17,733 nt of DNA from Gemmatimonadota bacterium. Its GTDB lineage: Bacteria; Gemmatimonadota; Gemmatimonadetes; Gemmatimonadales; GWC2-71-9. The notes under the pieces were generated by a model. That model was given only the letters and a program-made list of their open reading frames with translations. It searched no databases and was not told where the DNA came from. The position numbers and the translations under genes were made by a program. The DNA is taken from assembly GCA_039591655.1 (NCBI GenBank), contig JBDHDE010000051.1, positions 1 through 17,733 of the forward strand, in the 5' to 3' direction. Of the stretch, positions 15,702 through 17,733 are shown in pieces. The stretch's first letter is position 1. Every line of letters starts with the position of its first letter.

Positions 15702-16615
15702 AGCCGCACCTCGCCCTCGATGACGGTGACCGCCTCGCCCCCCACCCGCACCTCGGTGATCTCGTTCTGGGGCCCGGTGCGAACCTCGACATGCAGGATG
15801 CTGGGCCGATCGATCTCCAGCCCCTGCTCCACGATTATGCGGGCCTTCCCCCCCTCCGGCGTCACCACGCCGTGCCGCACGAGGTAGGCCCCCAGGGCGC
15901 CCGACGCGCTGCCCGTGGCGGGATCTTCGGTAACGCCGAGACCGGGAGCGAACATGCGGCAGTGCACCGTCGCCTCGGGCGACTCGGTCTCAGTCGCGTA
16001 CAGCATGGCGCACTCGGTGCCGAACTCCCGCAGCAGGTCCGTGAGCTGGAGCCCGGCGCCGCCGCTGGGCAACTGGCGCAGCGCATCGAGCGAGACCGTC
16101 GGGATCATGAGCTGGGGGAGTCCCGTGGACACCACCTGCGGCACGGGAGCCTCGGGGATCAGGTCCGGCGCGCCGCCCAGCGCGGTCGCAAGGCGAGCGG
16201 TATCGTGGACCTGCACACCGAACTCGGGGGCCGCCTGCACCATCGTGACCCGTACCGGGCGCCCGCCGACCAACTCCAGGTACACAGGCAGCACGCCCGC
16301 CCCGGTCTCCTGGGTGCACTCGTGCGTTCCGTCCGCGGGCAATCCGAGCCGCCCCAATTCGGCCAACGTCCACCAGGTGCCGACCGTGGGATGGCCGGCC
16401 AGGGGGATCTCGTCTATCGGGGTGAAGAACCGCACCTTCCGTGTGGCCACCTGGGAGGGGAAGACGAACGTCGTCTCCGACAGGTTCATCTCCCGCGCCA
16501 GCGCCTGCATCTGCTGCGGCGAGAGGCCCTCGGGATCGGGGAACACCGCCAGCGCGTTGCCCCCCAGCGGCTCGTTGGTGAAGACGTCGATCTGATAGAA
16601 GCGATACGTAGGCAT
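15698..16615 (-). CDS. PhzF-family isomerase
   Basis: QIDVFTNEPLGGNALAVF, AREMNLSETTFV, RFFTPIDEIPLAGHPTVG, VSTGLP, RMFAPGLGVTEDPATGSA, EQGLEIDRPS. SD GAGGTGG upstream. Confidence 0.93.
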   Translation of the reverse strand: MPTYRFYQIDVFTNEPLGGNALAVFPDPEGLSPQQMQALAREMNLSETTFVFPSQVATRKVRFFTPIDEIPLAGHPTVGTWWTLAELGRLGLPADGTHECTQETGAGVLPVYLELVGGRPVRVTMVQAAPEFGVQVHDTARLATALGGAPDLIPEAPVPQVVSTGLPQLMIPTVSLDALRQLPSGGAGLQLTDLLREFGTECAMLYATETESPEATVHCRMFAPGLGVTEDPATGSASGALGAYLVRHGVVTPEGGKARIIVEQGLEIDRPSILHVEVRTGPQNEITEVRVGGEAVTVIEGEVRL

Positions 16616-16651
16616 GTTAGCGCACCACCTCGGTCGCCCCGAGGAACACAG

Positions 16652-17733
16652 TCACCGCCCCCTGGGGCCGGCGAGCCCCGCGGCCCAGTTCTCCACCAGA
16701 ATCAGCTCCGGCGCGGTCACCTCGAGGTTCACGCCGCGCAGCATCACGAACTGCCGATCGTCCGGGGTGACATCGTAGAGGGGATACTGCTCGTCCTGGC
16801 GGAACAGCAGGTCCGATCCCAGAGTGAACAACACCGTGCGCTCCGCCACCACGAAGTCAGGCCCCGGCTGGATCCGCGCGGCGACCATCTGGTTATCCGC
16901 GTCCACATAGAACAACTCGCGGCCGGTGCGTCCCCAAACCGGCATCACACCGCCCCCGGTGGAGACCTGCCACTTCCCGTCCTCCACGTTGGGGAACGGG
17001 CGCACGTACACCTCGTTGCGTCCGGTCTCGTCCGACTCGTACGACAGCCACCGCCCGTCCGGCGAGAGACCGATCGCCTTCTCGTCGAAGCCGGTCACGA
17101 TCAGCGGCGCGGGCACGGTGTCGGTCCCCGGCCGCAGCGCCCAGACGTCGCGGCCACCGGGCACGGTCAGCGTGCCGCCGCTGCGCGCTACCAGCCACTC
17201 GCTGTCCGGCGAGTACAGCACTTCCCAGAACGATCGATCGTAGGCGAACTGCCGCTCTGCCACTCCAGTGCCGGTAGCCCGCTTGAGGAATGGGGAGGCC
17301 TGTCCCTTGCGACGGGACAAGAACGCCACGGCGTCGCCGTCCGGCGTCCACCGGGGCCGCACGTCCCATTCGTCGTCGAACGTCAGTCGCGACGCTGGCC
17401 CGCGCGGCAGCTCCTTGACCCAGATGTCGTAGTTAGCCTCCTCCAGCACCGTCACCGCCAGCCGGGTGCCGTCCGGCGACAGCGCCAGCCCACGGTTGTT
17501 GGTCCCGGGATCGAACGTCCAGTCGGGATCGACCGTGGTCGCCTGTCCCTCGCGCGTCACCCACACCACCTCGTAGCTGGGCGGACTCCGGCCCCCGGCG
17601 TTGTACACCAGCTGGCCCGACCGTGAGACCGCGAAGTAGCTCCACCCGCCGGCCGGCGGCATGACGGTCTCGGCCACCGGGGTCGCGGGGCCCGAGAGCT
17701 CCAGCTTGCCCTCGTCGAACGGCGCGGCCATCA
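16652..17733 (-). CDS. C-terminal TolB-like/PD40 beta-propeller region, probably of a Ser/Thr kinase-PD40 fusion; 5' partial
   Basis: Repeats LSPDGTRLAV, PRWTPDG, YSPDSEWL, LSPDGRWLSYESDETGRNEVYVRPFP, WQVSTGGGVMPVWGRTGRELFY, YDVTPDDRQF and LVENW. The frame is open to the right edge. The kinase domain is inferred from typical architecture and is not visible here. Confidence 0.8.
   Translation of the reverse strand, partial: MAAPFDEGKLELSGPATPVAETVMPPAGGWSYFAVSRSGQLVYNAGGRSPPSYEVVWVTREGQATTVDPDWTFDPGTNNRGLALSPDGTRLAVTVLEEANYDIWVKELPRGPASRLTFDDEWDVRPRWTPDGDAVAFLSRRKGQASPFLKRATGTGVAERQFAYDRSFWEVLYSPDSEWLVARSGGTLTVPGGRDVWALRPGTDTVPAPLIVTGFDEKAIGLSPDGRWLSYESDETGRNEVYVRPFPNVEDGKWQVSTGGGVMPVWGRTGRELFYVDADNQMVAARIQPGPDFVVAERTVLFTLGSDLLFRQDEQYPLYDVTPDDRQFVMLRGVNLEVTAPELILVENWAAGLAGPRGR

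Noticed and set aside
15698..16615. Phenazine biosynthetic cluster
   Set aside because: No phzA/B, phzD, phzE or phzG homologues nearby; stand-alone PhzF-like genes are common.
1..17733. CRISPR array, transposase/integrase, prophage, tRNA or rRNA
   Set aside because: No regularly spaced repeats or corresponding motifs were seen; nearly all sequence is accounted for by the listed CDSs.

Overview
GC-rich bacterial chromosomal window, densely coding and mostly on the minus strand. The gene repertoire (CarboxypepD_reg-type secreted protein, PD40/TolB-like propeller, short RpoD-like sigma factor) suggests Gemmatimonadota or a similar lineage; this is inference only. Left to right: (1) an NAD-linked formate dehydrogenase locus, with an alpha subunit running off the left edge that has an in-frame UGA read as selenocysteine plus a SECIS, a fused NuoE-NuoF diaphorase subunit, and fdhD; (2) four plus-strand genes: Prx-like thioredoxin-fold protein, DUF6265-like, NTF2/DUF4440 lipoprotein, carboxypeptidase-regulatory-like protein; (3) a glcD-glcE-glcF-ygfZ-SDR operon; (4) an unexplained 163-nt element closed by a 28-bp inverted repeat; (5) an RpoD/SigA-family sigma gene with a near-consensus promoter preceded by six DnaA-box-like 9-mers; (6) aroB, apparently starting at ATA, a PhzF-family gene and the C-terminus of a PD40 beta-propeller protein. 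No transposase, CRISPR array, tRNA or rRNA was recognised. All family assignments are by motif recognition, not database search.
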